Below, one piece after another: positions 37,401 to 48,033 of a DNA stretch of 64,000 nucleotides. Position 1 is the first letter of the stretch; every line of letters starts with the position of its first letter. A program made the translations under genes and the position numbers. The stretch covers positions 4,742 through 68,741 of the forward strand of contig JAEEJN010000111.1 in the NCBI GenBank assembly GCA_016281935.1, given 5' to 3'. The stretch is from Bacillota bacterium. GTDB taxonomy: Bacteria; Bacillota; Clostridia; Christensenellales; UMGS416. Under the pieces are notes generated by a model. It saw nothing but the letters and a program-made list of their open reading frames with translations, was not told the DNA's origin and searched no databases.

Positions 37401-38539
37401 ATACCCGAAGGAACTTCGATACGGTCCTTCTGATCGTCATCATCGCCCTGTGCGCCTTCGGGATCCTTATGGTCTTTTCCGCCAGTTATTACAGCTATCA
37501 GATGAAGGCGCGTTCTACAGGGATGAGTCTTGTTCTGAAGCATTCGCTCCACGTCATCATCGGGCTCAGCGTCATGATGGTCGCCATGCTGTTCGACTAT
37601 CACATTTTCAACAGACTGCGGATCGGACGTTTCGGCGTCATCCCGACAGCCATGGTGCTGCTTTCGATCGCCCTTCTCGTTTACGTGGATACGGGACGAG
37701 GCCAGACGCTGAACGGTGCCGGCCGGTGGCTCACGATCGCCGGTTTCTCCGTGCAGCCTTCAGAGATCGCCCGCATATCCCTTGTGTTTTTCGTGGCGGA
37801 TCAGCTGTCCTATTATCATGACGAGATCTGTCAAAGACATAGTTTTCATCTCTTTATCCGCTATGCATGGCCGACCTTTGCAGCAGCCGGCATCATCCTT
37901 CTGCTCATCTTCCTTGGAAACGCGCTGTCCATGACCGCCATTACCGGCATCACCTTCCTTATCCTTCTCTGGATCGCGGATTTCAATCCCCGGCTTATCG
38001 GTATCATGGGCGTAGGCGCGGTGACCGCAGGCGGACTGGCGATCGGTCTCTCCGATTTCCGCCGCCGCCGCATGATGGTTTTCACCAATCCCTGGCAAGA
38101 TGCTCAGGGATCCGGTTATCAGCTGGTGCAGAGCCTCTATGCTCTTGGCAACGGCGGTCTGTTCGGCGTCGGCATCGGGAACTCCCGGCAGAAATACCAG
38201 TTTCTGACCTACGGTGACTCGGATTACATCCTGTCCATCATCGGGGAAGAGATCGGATGGGTCGGACTGATCCTTCTTCTTCTGGCTTACGGACTCCTGA
38301 TCTACCGCAGTCTTCGGACCGCGAGGAGTGCGCCGGACAGGTTCGGTCTGCTTCTTGCAACCGGGATCACTTCGATCCTGGCCGTCCAGCTCATCATCAA
38401 TGTGCTGGTCGTGACATCCTTTATGCCCCCCACAGGCGTTCCGCTCCCGTTCATCAGCGCGGGCGGTTCGTCTCTCATCATTTTCCTTGCTTCCATGGGC
38501 GTTCTTCTGAACATCTCCAGATACAGGGAGCAGAGTTAG
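37397..38539 (+). CDS. ftsW: SEDS-family peptidoglycan glycosyltransferase FtsW/SpoVE
   Basis: 380 aa, multi-TM, with QPSE, IIGEEIGWVG and GVPLPFISAGGSS motifs. Overlaps the murD stop. Confidence 0.92.
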   Translation: MNTRRNFDTVLLIVIIALCAFGILMVFSASYYSYQMKARSTGMSLVLKHSLHVIIGLSVMMVAMLFDYHIFNRLRIGRFGVIPTAMVLLSIALLVYVDTGRGQTLNGAGRWLTIAGFSVQPSEIARISLVFFVADQLSYYHDEICQRHSFHLFIRYAWPTFAAAGIILLLIFLGNALSMTAITGITFLILLWIADFNPRLIGIMGVGAVTAGGLAIGLSDFRRRRMMVFTNPWQDAQGSGYQLVQSLYALGNGGLFGVGIGNSRQKYQFLTYGDSDYILSIIGEEIGWVGLILLLLAYGLLIYRSLRTARSAPDRFGLLLATGITSILAVQLIINVLVVTSFMPPTGVPLPFISAGGSSLIIFLASMGVLLNISRYREQS

Positions 38540-38573
38540 CGGAAAGATGACCCGCTCATCGGACCGATCTTCG

Positions 38574-38602
38574 TTGACAGGGGATGGGAAAGAGCGGATA
38601 AT
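38574..38602 (+). promoter_or_regulatory. internal promoter ahead of ftsQ-ftsA-ftsZ
   Basis: TTGACA (38574-38579) - 17 nt - GATAAT (38597-38602). Confidence 0.6.
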
Positions 38603-38653
38603 GGATAATGCGCAGTCAGCGCACAGCAGAATCTACACACCAGGTGGACGTGA

Positions 38654-39610
38654 ATGAACAATCGCCAGGACGGCACGGATAACGTCGTATCGATGGATAA
38701 TCTGCGCCGAAGCAGGCGCAGAAGGAACAGGCACAACGTATCGCAGGTTCCCGAAGCGACGGTCAGGGAGAGAGCCCCGCGCACGGCAAGGGGTTCCTTG
38801 GCATCTGCGTCCGCGGCGGTCCGTTCTGGTCAGGATAAGCGGGAAAGAAGCCGGACCCTGATGGTTCTTCTGGCGCTTGTCCTGGTCATGATCCTGCTTC
38901 TCGGCGGCATCGTTTTCTATTCCGGGCTCTTGGACATCGCCGCGATCCAGGTCATCGGCGTGAAGCCCGAGGAACAGCAGGCCATACTGGACAGGGCGGA
39001 ACTCAAGATCGGCATGAACATCTTTTCCTTTACTGCCGAAGGTGTGCAGAACCGTATCGAATCGGATCCGTCCCTCATTTTCGTGGGACTGGACCGCATC
39101 CTGCCCAATCAGGTCGTACTGACGGTGGAAAGAAGAAAACCGACGCTTTCGATCAAACATCTGGGGCGTTTTCTTGAACTGGATCAGGAATATGTGATCC
39201 TGTCCATCGCACCGGAAGACCATTCGCTGGGCGATTATCCCGTTGTCCAGGGGGTCACGATTGGCGAGACGGAAGTCGGGAAACCCGTGGATTTTCAGGA
39301 TGCGCTGCAGGAACACGCTCTGAAGACAGTCATGGACGAACTGAGAAAGACAGGAGCCGCACAGTATGTGCAGGCCGTCAATCTCCTCAATCTTTCCGAG
39401 ATCACGATCATTGCGGACAACGGGATCCTCGTGGATGTCGGGAACCTGAACGACATGCACGTCAAAGCGAACTGGATCGTCCATATGATCCCCCAGCTCG
39501 TATCCGAAGGCCGTCATGGCGGTACACTGTACGTATCCGGCGGCCGGAACGCCTCCTATTCTCCGGAAGTCCGGCCCACCGAAACCGCCGAACCGGAAGG
39601 GAACGAGTAG
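38654..39610 (+). CDS. ftsQ: cell division protein FtsQ/DivIB
   Basis: 318 aa with an Arg-rich cytoplasmic tail, one TM and a POTRA-like region (IAAIQVIGV...). Confidence 0.8.
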   Translation: MNNRQDGTDNVVSMDNLRRSRRRRNRHNVSQVPEATVRERAPRTARGSLASASAAVRSGQDKRERSRTLMVLLALVLVMILLLGGIVFYSGLLDIAAIQVIGVKPEEQQAILDRAELKIGMNIFSFTAEGVQNRIESDPSLIFVGLDRILPNQVVLTVERRKPTLSIKHLGRFLELDQEYVILSIAPEDHSLGDYPVVQGVTIGETEVGKPVDFQDALQEHALKTVMDELRKTGAAQYVQAVNLLNLSEITIIADNGILVDVGNLNDMHVKANWIVHMIPQLVSEGRHGGTLYVSGGRNASYSPEVRPTETAEPEGNE

Positions 39611-39773
39611 ACTGCCACGTCGGTTTCGGGCTGTAACGATCAGAGAAAACGGGGAACAGAAGGGCCTGAAATCCGAAAATTGAGGCTCTGCTGTCCATTT
39701 TTTTCCGCAAAAGCATTTCCCTTTTGATAAGAATCTGTTACAATACGCATAGGGTCAGTAAAGGAGGAAATCC

Positions 39774-40952
39774 ATGGCAAAAACTGCCGCTGCGCTCGAT
39801 TTTGGCACGTCCAAGATCGCGTTTGCCTTTGGCAGAAAAGACAGCATGGGTATGGTCACGGTCGCGGGAGCGTCCGTGGCTCCTTACAGCGGCTTCAGGG
39901 ACAATGCCTGGATCTCCGAATCCGAGCTGCCCGAAGTGATCCGGAAAACTCATGCGGCACTGCAGGCCCAGGTCAATCAGAAGATACAGGAAGTGTATGT
40001 CTGTCTGCCCGGGGAATATGTACGTGTCTATTTTCGTGAAATCTCCTGTGTGCCTTCCGGCGCGAACGGGGAAGTCACGCAGGAGGATCTGGATACGCTG
40101 TTCAGGCAGGTGATGGATTTCACCCGCCCCGACAGTCTCCGGCTTCTGACTCGGCAGGTCGTCTTTTTCCTGCTGGACTCGGAACTGATCCGCACGAGTC
40201 CTCTCATGATGACGGGTCAGCGTCTGACCATGTATGTTTCGATCGTCATGGGAGACGGGGATTTCATGGACCGTACCGCGGAACTTCTGGGTTCCGTGGG
40301 TCTCAGTGTCGCGGGGTTCGTGGCGACGCCTACGGCGGAAGCCAAGCTCATCAGCGAATACATGCAGGAAGGTTCGACTTCCGTCGTACTGGATACCGGT
40401 CACTTCACGACGGATATCATCGTGATGGATGCCGGCGAGCCGATCTTCCATTCCGTTCTGGAACTGGGAGGGGCCAGGCTCGAACAGGATCTTGCGGCGG
40501 TACTCGACATACCGCCTGAGGCGGCGGCAGAGGTCAAGCTCCATATCGCTCTCGGACTTGAACCCGGAGATGCGAAGCAGACCGTGGAAACGGCGGACGG
40601 GCAGACCTATGAATATGCAATGAATCTGGCACAGGATGTCGTGGAAGCCCGACTGGACGACACGCTCCGCCGGATCCAGAAAGTGGTGGATGACTTCGGC
40701 GTCACGCTGGACGAATCCCTGCATATCTATATCACAGGCAGCGGCTTTGCTTCCATTCGTGGGGCAAGGGAATACATAAGCCAGAAGACCGGCGCTGTGG
40801 CAAGGCTTTTCCAGCCCCAGACGCCGATGACGCCCAGTCCGTCCATGACGGCTGTCGTCGGAACACTGAGTTATGTGCTTCAGGAAGGAACCCGCACCGA
40901 GCGCCCGTCGCTGCCGGAAGCCATCAAACAATTCTTCAAGGAATACTTTTAA
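39774..40952 (+). CDS. ftsA: cell division protein FtsA (divergent actin-like ATPase)
   Basis: 392 aa with ALDFGTSK (phosphate 1), LDTGHFTTD (phosphate 2, not the common GGGTTD) and ITGSGFA. C-terminal amphipathic [23 protein letters not shown]. Confidence 0.8.
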   Translation: MAKTAAALDFGTSKIAFAFGRKDSMGMVTVAGASVAPYSGFRDNAWISESELPEVIRKTHAALQAQVNQKIQEVYVCLPGEYVRVYFREISCVPSGANGEVTQEDLDTLFRQVMDFTRPDSLRLLTRQVVFFLLDSELIRTSPLMMTGQRLTMYVSIVMGDGDFMDRTAELLGSVGLSVAGFVATPTAEAKLISEYMQEGSTSVVLDTGHFTTDIIVMDAGEPIFHSVLELGGARLEQDLAAVLDIPPEAAAEVKLHIALGLEPGDAKQTVETADGQTYEYAMNLAQDVVEARLDDTLRRIQKVVDDFGVTLDESLHIYITGSGFASIRGAREYISQKTGAVARLFQPQTPMTPSPSMTAVVGTLSYVLQEGTRTERPSLPEAIKQFFKEYF

Positions 40953-40966
40953 TGGGGGAGAGACCA

Positions 40967-42187
40967 ATGTTAGAATTTGACATCGATATGGCCCAGTTTG
41001 CCCAGATCAAAGTCGTGGGCGTGGGCGGCGCCGGCAACAATGCCGTGAACCGGATGATTTCTTCCGGACTGAACAACGTTGAGTTCCTGGCTCTGAATAC
41101 CGACAAGCAGGCACTGGTCCTGAGTCAGGCCGGAACCAAGATCCAGATCGGTGAGAAGATCACCCGCGGCCTCGGCGCAGGCGCGAATCCGGAGATCGGC
41201 AGCAAGGCCGCTGAGGAATCTGCGGATGAGATCGCCCAGGCGCTCAAGGGTGCCGACCTTGTTTTCGTCACGGCCGGTATGGGCGGCGGCACCGGAACAG
41301 GCGCAGCGCCCGTGGTCGCCAGCGTGGCCAAGGAGATGGGCATTCTGACGATCGGCGTCGTGACCAAGCCCTTCACTTTCGAAGGCAAGCCCCGCATGGC
41401 CAACGCTGTCAAAGGCATCGCCGAACTGGAAAAGCATGTCGATACCCTGGTCGTGATCCCGAATGACCGTCTGCTCCAGGCCGTCACCAAGGCTACGAGC
41501 ATCATGGATGCCTTCCGCATTGCGGACGAGGTCCTCCAGCAGGGTATTCAGGGCATCTCCGATCTGATCTCTCATCCCAGCCTGATCAACCTGGACTTTG
41601 CGGACGTGCGCACGACCATGAAGGACAAGGGCATGGCCCATATGGGCATCGGTTACGGCTCCGGCGAGAACCGCGCGATCGACGCGGCCCGCGCGGCGAT
41701 CACTTCTCCTCTGCTGGAGACTACGATCGACGGCGCCCGCAGCGTGCTCATCAACATCACCGGCGACAACTCCCTCGGTCTCATCGAGGTCCAGGAAGCT
41801 GCGTCTCTCGTGGCTGAATCCGTCGATCCCGAAGCGAACATCATCTTCGGCGCCGGCCTGGACGATTCTCTGCAGGACGAGGTCCGCATCACGGTCATCG
41901 CCACGGGCTTCGAGCCTTCCAAGGCTTCCAGCAGCGCGCAGCAGCCGTTCCGTCGCTTCACCGCTCCCGCAGCTCAGCCTGCGGCTCCCGCTCCTGCGGC
42001 CCGTCCGGTCGAAGTACCGCAGCAGCCGGCTCCCGCTCCCGCGGCCCAGCCTCAGCAGGAGAACCGTTTCACCGGCCGTGACCGTGGATTCAACCGTTCC
42101 GCGGCGAACAACAATCCCCGCACGAACGGTGTCGTCGTAGACGAAGACGATCTGGACGTCCCGCCCTTCCTGCGCCGCAGAAAATAA
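40967..42187 (+). CDS. ftsZ: cell division GTPase FtsZ
   Basis: MLEFD start as in B. subtilis (an alternative ATG at 40952 overlaps the ftsA stop). [19 protein letters not shown], a PA-rich linker and the C-terminal [13 protein letters not shown] peptide. Confidence 0.96.
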   Translation: MLEFDIDMAQFAQIKVVGVGGAGNNAVNRMISSGLNNVEFLALNTDKQALVLSQAGTKIQIGEKITRGLGAGANPEIGSKAAEESADEIAQALKGADLVFVTAGMGGGTGTGAAPVVASVAKEMGILTIGVVTKPFTFEGKPRMANAVKGIAELEKHVDTLVVIPNDRLLQAVTKATSIMDAFRIADEVLQQGIQGISDLISHPSLINLDFADVRTTMKDKGMAHMGIGYGSGENRAIDAARAAITSPLLETTIDGARSVLINITGDNSLGLIEVQEAASLVAESVDPEANIIFGAGLDDSLQDEVRITVIATGFEPSKASSSAQQPFRRFTAPAAQPAAPAPAARPVEVPQQPAPAPAAQPQQENRFTGRDRGFNRSAANNNPRTNGVVVDEDDLDVPPFLRRRK

Positions 42188-42205
42188 TGATCGAACGATC
42201 GATAT

Positions 42206-42235
42206 CCGCCCTGCGATTTTTGCGGGGCGGTTTTT
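42206..42235 (+). terminator. rho-independent terminator after ftsZ
   Basis: CCGCCCTGC-loop-GCGGGGCGG followed by TTTTT. Confidence 0.8.
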
Positions 42236-42297
42236 CGTAGACTGGGATACGGTGCAGGAGCGGTGTTGGAGAAAGACAACCGCAAACGGAAAACAGA

Positions 42298-42340
42298 AAA
42301 GCCCGGACGATCCGGATGAAGGACCGGATGTCCGGGCTTT
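42298..42340 (-). terminator. rho-independent terminator after the polA-coaE-SBP operon
   Basis: AAAGCCCGGAC...GTCCGGGCTTT; on the minus strand it is followed by TTTTCTGTTTT. Confidence 0.75.
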
Positions 42341-42384
42341 CTGTATGATCCTTTGTTTTCCCGAATGCTGTTTCGGGACGGGAC

Positions 42385-43995
42385 TCATTGTTCGCTGTGA
42401 TAAAGAGTCCAGGATGCGATGTCGCAGTACGCGTCGCCGTCACGGACACAGGACACGCCTTCGATGCGGCTGGAAAGCAGGAGCGAATGGGTGCGGTAGA
42501 ACAGGCAGATCATCGGCTGAGTGTCCAGAAAGACGGTACGGATCTCAGCGGTCGCCGCAGACAATTCATCCATCGTCAGGGCGTTCCTCGCCGCGGCAAG
42601 ATACCCGTCCGTCGTTTCATCGCTCCATCTGGAAAGATTCAGGGCGCCGTCGGATCCCAGAAGTTTCGTGTAATCGGGAACGTTGTCCAGATAAACGCTT
42701 GCGAGGAGAAGATCGAAGGATCTTTCTTCGATGGCTTTTTTGTATTCATCACGGGAGAGGATCTGCAGATCCACATCGATGCCGACGGCACGAAGCTGCT
42801 GGGAGATCGCGGATGCCGCTTCTTCCTGCTGGGGGGAATCCATTGCCGCGAGGCGCAGGGTCAATACCTGCCAGGCGCCGGAGGGCGTCGTGTCCAGGAT
42901 CCCGTCGCCGTCCGAATCCTTCCAGCCGGTGCGGGAAATGAGACGTCCGGCTTCTTCCGGATCATACACGTACTTCATCGCCGTGCCCCGGCTCAAGGGA
43001 CTGGAAGGGGATACCGGCGTATCCACGACGACCGCATGCCGGATAAAGGCGGTTTCGGCGATTCCCGAACGGTTCAGGGCATAGGATATCGCCTGGCGGA
43101 GATAGCGGTTCTGCAGGACGTAAGTGTTCAGGTTCAGATAGATGCATTCCAGTTCGGGCGAATTGTACTCGAAGACGGTAGCGTTGTTTCCGTATTTATA
43201 CTGATCCGTCGTCAGGGAGGAGGTCTCCACCACGTCGACTTGACGGAGAGACAGGGCAGACGTTGCTGCTTCCAGGGAAGGATAGAAATTCACCTGGATC
43301 TGTTCGATCGAGGGGGGCAGTTTCCACCAGTCTTTGTTCCTCTCCAGAAGGATCTGGTCGTCCGCAGGGAAGTCCTGGATCTGATAAGGACCGGAACCGG
43401 GCATGAGCATCGGCGCATTATCGGCAGTATAGCCTCCGGCTGCGGGGAGAATGGGAAAATCGAGAAGGTACAGACTGCTGAAAGCCGTGTGGCTGAAAAC
43501 CAGTTCGACGGAATCGTCTCCGACTGCTTTCCAGGAAGATATCTCGTCCAGAAGATAGGCATAGGGACCGTCGTTTCCGATCTCCCTGATCAGGTCCAGA
43601 GTAAAGATGACGTCCTCGGGAGAGAGAGTACCGAGGGCCGACTGCCATACGGCCTGAGTACGGAGACGGAAGGTCCAGATCCTGCCTGTGCTGTCATGGG
43701 ACCAGGAGGAAGCAAGACAGGGCTGGAGGTCGCCCAGCGCATCCGTTTCGAGCAGGCTTTCGAAGATCAGCCCGAGCACGCTTCTCGCATTTTTTTCGCG
43801 TGAGAGCAGGGGATGGAGCGCCGCCGTTTCCCCGCAGAGGGAGACCGTGAGCTTTTTGCTCTGGAGCGCTTCCATGGATTCCGCAGGAGGAGGTGTCGAG
43901 ATGATGGGCGTAGCCTGAGGCGCAGCCGCGGGGGACGCACATGCGGAGAGCATGAAAGCCAGGCACAGGATGAGACAGAAGACGCGGCGGATCAT
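42385..43995 (-). CDS. ABC transporter substrate-binding lipoprotein, family 5 (peptide/nickel, OppA-like), orphan
   Basis: 536 aa with the signal peptide/lipobox CLAFMLSAC. Length and composition fit SBP_bac_5. ATGA overlap with the coaE stop. No permease or ATPase genes nearby. Confidence 0.8.
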   Translation of the reverse strand: MIRRVFCLILCLAFMLSACASPAAAPQATPIISTPPPAESMEALQSKKLTVSLCGETAALHPLLSREKNARSVLGLIFESLLETDALGDLQPCLASSWSHDSTGRIWTFRLRTQAVWQSALGTLSPEDVIFTLDLIREIGNDGPYAYLLDEISSWKAVGDDSVELVFSHTAFSSLYLLDFPILPAAGGYTADNAPMLMPGSGPYQIQDFPADDQILLERNKDWWKLPPSIEQIQVNFYPSLEAATSALSLRQVDVVETSSLTTDQYKYGNNATVFEYNSPELECIYLNLNTYVLQNRYLRQAISYALNRSGIAETAFIRHAVVVDTPVSPSSPLSRGTAMKYVYDPEEAGRLISRTGWKDSDGDGILDTTPSGAWQVLTLRLAAMDSPQQEEAASAISQQLRAVGIDVDLQILSRDEYKKAIEERSFDLLLASVYLDNVPDYTKLLGSDGALNLSRWSDETTDGYLAAARNALTMDELSAATAEIRTVFLDTQPMICLFYRTHSLLLSSRIEGVSCVRDGDAYCDIASWTLYHSEQ

Positions 43996-44600
43996 GCGTC
44001 TTCCTCCGGGTGGAGAAGTTCGTCTACCAGGCTTTTCACATAACGCTCTTCATCTTCAAGCGGCATGAGGCTGTCGATGACGCGAGTCGCCCTGCGCCGT
44101 CTTTCTGAATCCGGCATCTGGTGATCGATCCGTTCCGCGGCTTCTTCTTCCGTCAGACCGTCCCTGGCCATGATGCGGCGAAGCTGTTCATCCACGCCGC
44201 AGGAAACGACCCAGATTTCGTCGCAGGCGCTGTCGGCGCCCGTTTCGAACAGAAGAGGTGCGTCCACGACCGCGAATTCCACGCCTTCCTTCTCCCAGCG
44301 TGCGAGATGCGCTTCCATATCGTTCAGGATGTGGGGATGAAGCGTCCGGTTCAGTTTCAAAAGGGCTTCTTCGTTGCCGAAGACCTTTTTCGCGAGTCCG
44401 CGGCGGTTCAGGGTCCTGTCGGGAAGAAAGATCTCGTCCCCGAAAGCGAGACGCAGCGCTTCGTGACCGGGTTCTCCGGGTCTGACGACCCGGCGCGAAG
44501 CCTCATCCGCGTCCCAGATCCTGGCGCCGAGACGGCGCAGCATCTTCGATACCGTGCTTTTGCCGGCGGCTATGCCGCCCGTGAGTCCTAATACGATCAT
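43992..44600 (-). CDS. coaE: dephospho-CoA kinase
   Basis: 202 aa with GLTGGIAAGKST. Overlaps the polA stop. Confidence 0.92.
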   Translation of the reverse strand: MIVLGLTGGIAAGKSTVSKMLRRLGARIWDADEASRRVVRPGEPGHEALRLAFGDEIFLPDRTLNRRGLAKKVFGNEEALLKLNRTLHPHILNDMEAHLARWEKEGVEFAVVDAPLLFETGADSACDEIWVVSCGVDEQLRRIMARDGLTEEEAAERIDHQMPDSERRRRATRVIDSLMPLEDEERYVKSLVDELLHPEEDA

Positions 44601-47149
44601 GGCTTTGCCTCATACCAGTTATCTCCCCAGGTCACTTCGACCTGGAGGGGGACGGTCAGCTGCGCGGCGTCCCGCATGCAGGAGACCAGCAGTTCCGCCG
44701 CGGCGTCACGTTCTTCGACAGGAGCTTCCAGGACGAGTTCGTCGTGGACCTGCAGGATCATCCGGGTCTGCATGTTTCTTTCTTTCAGCGCTTTCGCGAC
44801 GGAGACCATGGCAATCTTCATGATGTCGGCGGCCGTGCCCTGGATCGGAGCGTTCATGGCCATCCGTTCAGCTGCACTCCGTCGGTTGTAGTCTCTCGAC
44901 CGCAGATCCGGCATGGGCCTGCGGCGGTGGAAAAGCGTTTCCACATATCCGTTTTTCCGGCCGTCCTCCACGATCTGCTTCATATAGCCGGATACGGATG
45001 AGTAGGTCTCCAGATACTGGCGGATATATTCTCCGGCCTGTTTCACGGGGATGTCCAGCTGACGGGACAGACCGAAGTCGGAGATCCCGTAGATGATGCC
45101 GAAGTTGACTGCCTTCGCCGCTGAACGGAGTTCGTGCGGCAGGGTCTCCATCGGCACGTGGAAGACTTCGGACGCGGTATGTGCGTGGATGTCTTCGCCG
45201 TTGAGGAAGGCCTGCGTCAGACTCGGGTCACCTGCCATATGGGCGAGCACGCGCAGTTCGATTTGGGAATAGTCGGCGTCGACCAGTACGCAGCCTTCCC
45301 TGGGGAGGAAGGCGCGGCGGATCAGCTTGCCCTCGGGCATGCGGATCGGGATGTTCTGCAGATTCGGTTCGGCGGAAGAGAGCCGGCCGGTCGCAGTGAG
45401 CGTCTGGTTGAACCGGGTATGGATACGCGACGTCGCGGGATCGATCAGCGCCTGGAGGCCTTCGATGTACGTTCCCATGAGTTTGGATGCCTGCCGGTAT
45501 TCCAGGATCATCCGCACGACGGGATAGTCTCCCGCGAGATCTTCCAGGATATCCGCCGCAGTGGAATAGCCGGTCTTCGTCTTCTTGCCGTGGGGAAGTC
45601 CAAGTTTTTCGAAAAGGACTTCTCCGAGCTGCTTGGGGCTCTGGATATTGAAGGTCTCTCCGGACAGGGCGTAGATCTGTTCCTGAAGGGAGCTGATCTT
45701 TTCGGCCAGTACCCGGCCCTGCGCCGCCAGTTCTTCCCGGTCCACACGGAAACCGGTCTCCTCCATGTCGAAAAGCACGGATACGAGGGGAAGTTCCGTT
45801 TTCTGGAACAGATCCCACTGATTTTCCTTTTTCAGTTCCTCTTCCTGTGCTTTCATGAGGAGAAGCAGCCCGCCCGCGTCCAGCGGCCGATCGCCGGCGA
45901 TCTTGCGGAACAGATCCGCTGCAGGGTATTTTCCGGCCGTCGAATCCAGCAGATAGGCGGCGATCTCCGTATCGAACACCGGGGTCGGAAGAGGAAGGGA
46001 AAGATCGCGGAGCCGGTGCATCCAGGCTTTGGCGCCGTGCAGCACCATGGGCCGCTCCAGGACCGGAGCCAGGGCGGCGAGCGCATCCTCCAGGAGCCAG
46101 CCCTCACTCAGTAGGTCTTTCCTGAAGGGAAGACGGTAGACCGTTCCGTCTCCTTCAGCCGCAAAAGTGAGGTCTTCGGAAAGATCCAGAGCCGTCCGTA
46201 CACCTTCGGGGAGCTTGGACGCCGCGTTACGGATCTCGTCCGCGGTCAGGAGCGTTTTCGTCTCGAATTCCGGAAGGGCCGGCGCTGCCTGGGCAGGGGA
46301 GATCTTGCGCGCCAGGCTCATGAGTTCATAGCTTTCCAGACAGGAGACCAGATCGGTGTCTTCAAAGGGAGTGAGCCGGCAGTCCTCAGGACCGCGGTCA
46401 AGAGGGACGTTCCTGTCGATGGTCGCGAGATCTCTTGAAAAATAGGCCGAATCCCTGCCCGCTTCGATCTTGTCGCGCAGTTTTCCGCCGACTTCATCGA
46501 GGTGTTCGTAAAGGCCGTCCAGGGATCCGAACTGGCCGATCAGCTTGATCGCCGTTTTTTCACCCACGCCGGGGATGCCGGGGATATGGTCGGACGTATC
46601 GCCCATCATGCCTTTGAGATCCGGCACCTGGGCAGGCGTGACCTGCCAGTATTCCATGAGCCGGGCGGGGTCGAAGTCCTCGACGAGCGTAAGACCTTTC
46701 TGGGTCAGAAGGACATGGGTGGAGTCCGTCACGAGCTGCAGGCTGTCCCTGTCTCCCGTGACGATCCTGCAAGGCATGCCCGATTCTTCCGCCATGCGGG
46801 AAAGCGTGCCCAGGATGTCGTCGGCTTCATATCCTTCCAGCTGAAGATAGGGGATCCCTGCGGCTTCAAGGGTTTCCCGAAGCACATCGAACTGAGGCCG
46901 GAGTTCTTCCGGCATGGGAGCGCGGCCGGCCTTATAGTCTTTGTATTCCAGATGACGGAACGTGGGAGCGTGCATATCCAAGGCCACCGCGGCGTGCGTC
47001 GCTCCGGTCATCTCCATGCCTTTGAGGAGCATGTTCCAGAATCCGAAGACGGCGTTCGTATAGCGTCCCCGGGAATCATTCATGAGCGGGAGGGCATAAA
47101 AAGCCCGGTACATCAGGCTGTGCCCGTCGATCAGCAAGAGCATATCCAT
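44597..47149 (-). CDS. polA: DNA polymerase I
   Basis: Start at the ATG at 47149 (SD GGAGGA 5 nt upstream), giving MDMLLLIDGHS. 5'-nuclease domain, DYSQIELR (motif A), RSAAKAVNFGIIYG (motif B) and QVHDELV (motif C). Confidence 0.96.
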   Translation of the reverse strand: MDMLLLIDGHSLMYRAFYALPLMNDSRGRYTNAVFGFWNMLLKGMEMTGATHAAVALDMHAPTFRHLEYKDYKAGRAPMPEELRPQFDVLRETLEAAGIPYLQLEGYEADDILGTLSRMAEESGMPCRIVTGDRDSLQLVTDSTHVLLTQKGLTLVEDFDPARLMEYWQVTPAQVPDLKGMMGDTSDHIPGIPGVGEKTAIKLIGQFGSLDGLYEHLDEVGGKLRDKIEAGRDSAYFSRDLATIDRNVPLDRGPEDCRLTPFEDTDLVSCLESYELMSLARKISPAQAAPALPEFETKTLLTADEIRNAASKLPEGVRTALDLSEDLTFAAEGDGTVYRLPFRKDLLSEGWLLEDALAALAPVLERPMVLHGAKAWMHRLRDLSLPLPTPVFDTEIAAYLLDSTAGKYPAADLFRKIAGDRPLDAGGLLLLMKAQEEELKKENQWDLFQKTELPLVSVLFDMEETGFRVDREELAAQGRVLAEKISSLQEQIYALSGETFNIQSPKQLGEVLFEKLGLPHGKKTKTGYSTAADILEDLAGDYPVVRMILEYRQASKLMGTYIEGLQALIDPATSRIHTRFNQTLTATGRLSSAEPNLQNIPIRMPEGKLIRRAFLPREGCVLVDADYSQIELRVLAHMAGDPSLTQAFLNGEDIHAHTASEVFHVPMETLPHELRSAAKAVNFGIIYGISDFGLSRQLDIPVKQAGEYIRQYLETYSSVSGYMKQIVEDGRKNGYVETLFHRRRPMPDLRSRDYNRRSAAERMAMNAPIQGTAADIMKIAMVSVAKALKERNMQTRMILQVHDELVLEAPVEERDAAAELLVSCMRDAAQLTVPLQVEVTWGDNWYEAKP

Positions 47150-47336
47150 GGCGTTCCTCCTGAGAGTAGGATACCCCAAACAGGGCCAAAAAGCAAATGG
47201 AATCGGGCTGTCCGGCTACAGACCGAAGCAGGTGCACGGAAAGAGAAAAGAAGAGTTGTCAGATGACCATTAAATTTGATATGCTAAAATTGCAAAGACA
47301 GAAAAGCGCAGCAAGCAGACAAGGGGGAATGGAACC

Positions 47337-48008
47337 ATGGCAAAAAAGGACGAATATACCGGACTCGGCAGTATGAAGATCTGGATCTTCGTGCTCCTGG
47401 GCATGGCAGGCCTGTCCGCGATCGTGTATTGCAGCATGAGATGGGCCAGAAACAATCAGTCGCTGATGGAACGCGTGTATGTCAACGGAGCATTTACCAT
47501 GGGTGCCAAGGCTCCGTGGGGGATTACGCCTGAAGAGCTGTATCCGAATCTGCGCTATATCACCGGTGACCGAATCAGAGACAACGACAAATACAACGAG
47601 ATCCAGAAACTGTCCGAGGTGCAGAAAGACGGGAGCTTCAATATCGTTCCTTACGAGACACAGAAATACAAAGAGAGCGAACTGGAGCTGTCTGCCCGAT
47701 ATCATATGTCTCCTGACAGGGTGCTGGTGTCCGGGGTGTTTGCAAGCGACGAGGATGATCTCGATCTGATCCGGCAAGCGGCGGAGGCTTACGTCAGGGC
47801 GGTGTCGTCACTGCCCGTGGAGGCAGAGACTCCCGAGCAGGAGATCCTGGCCGTTCTCGAGGCCGAAGGTATCGTGACCGGCAGCTGGACCTGGCGGGCG
47901 GGAGAGACCGGACTGGAGATCGCTGTCCGCTCCACCCGTTCGTCCGTGTTTGAATCCGGATACGCCGGAACGCTCGAGATCAGGATCTTCGGTCCCGGAG
48001 CGGAATAG
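47337..48008 (+). CDS. hypothetical membrane-anchored protein
   Basis: 223 aa with one N-terminal TM (IWIFVLLGMAGLSAIVYC). No recognisable motif. Followed by a terminator. Confidence 0.65.
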   Translation: MAKKDEYTGLGSMKIWIFVLLGMAGLSAIVYCSMRWARNNQSLMERVYVNGAFTMGAKAPWGITPEELYPNLRYITGDRIRDNDKYNEIQKLSEVQKDGSFNIVPYETQKYKESELELSARYHMSPDRVLVSGVFASDEDDLDLIRQAAEAYVRAVSSLPVEAETPEQEILAVLEAEGIVTGSWTWRAGETGLEIAVRSTRSSVFESGYAGTLEIRIFGPGAE

Positions 48009-48033
48009 AGTATATGAGCTTCGTACAAAATGG

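Noticed and set aside
39774-40952. The non-canonical phosphate-2 loop of FtsA (GHFTTD instead of GGGTTD) as evidence of an inactive FtsA.
   Set aside because: This loop varies among bona fide FtsA proteins (Thermotoga FtsA also deviates, as I recall). The other actin-fold motifs and the membrane-targeting helix are present, so this is insufficient to call it degenerate.
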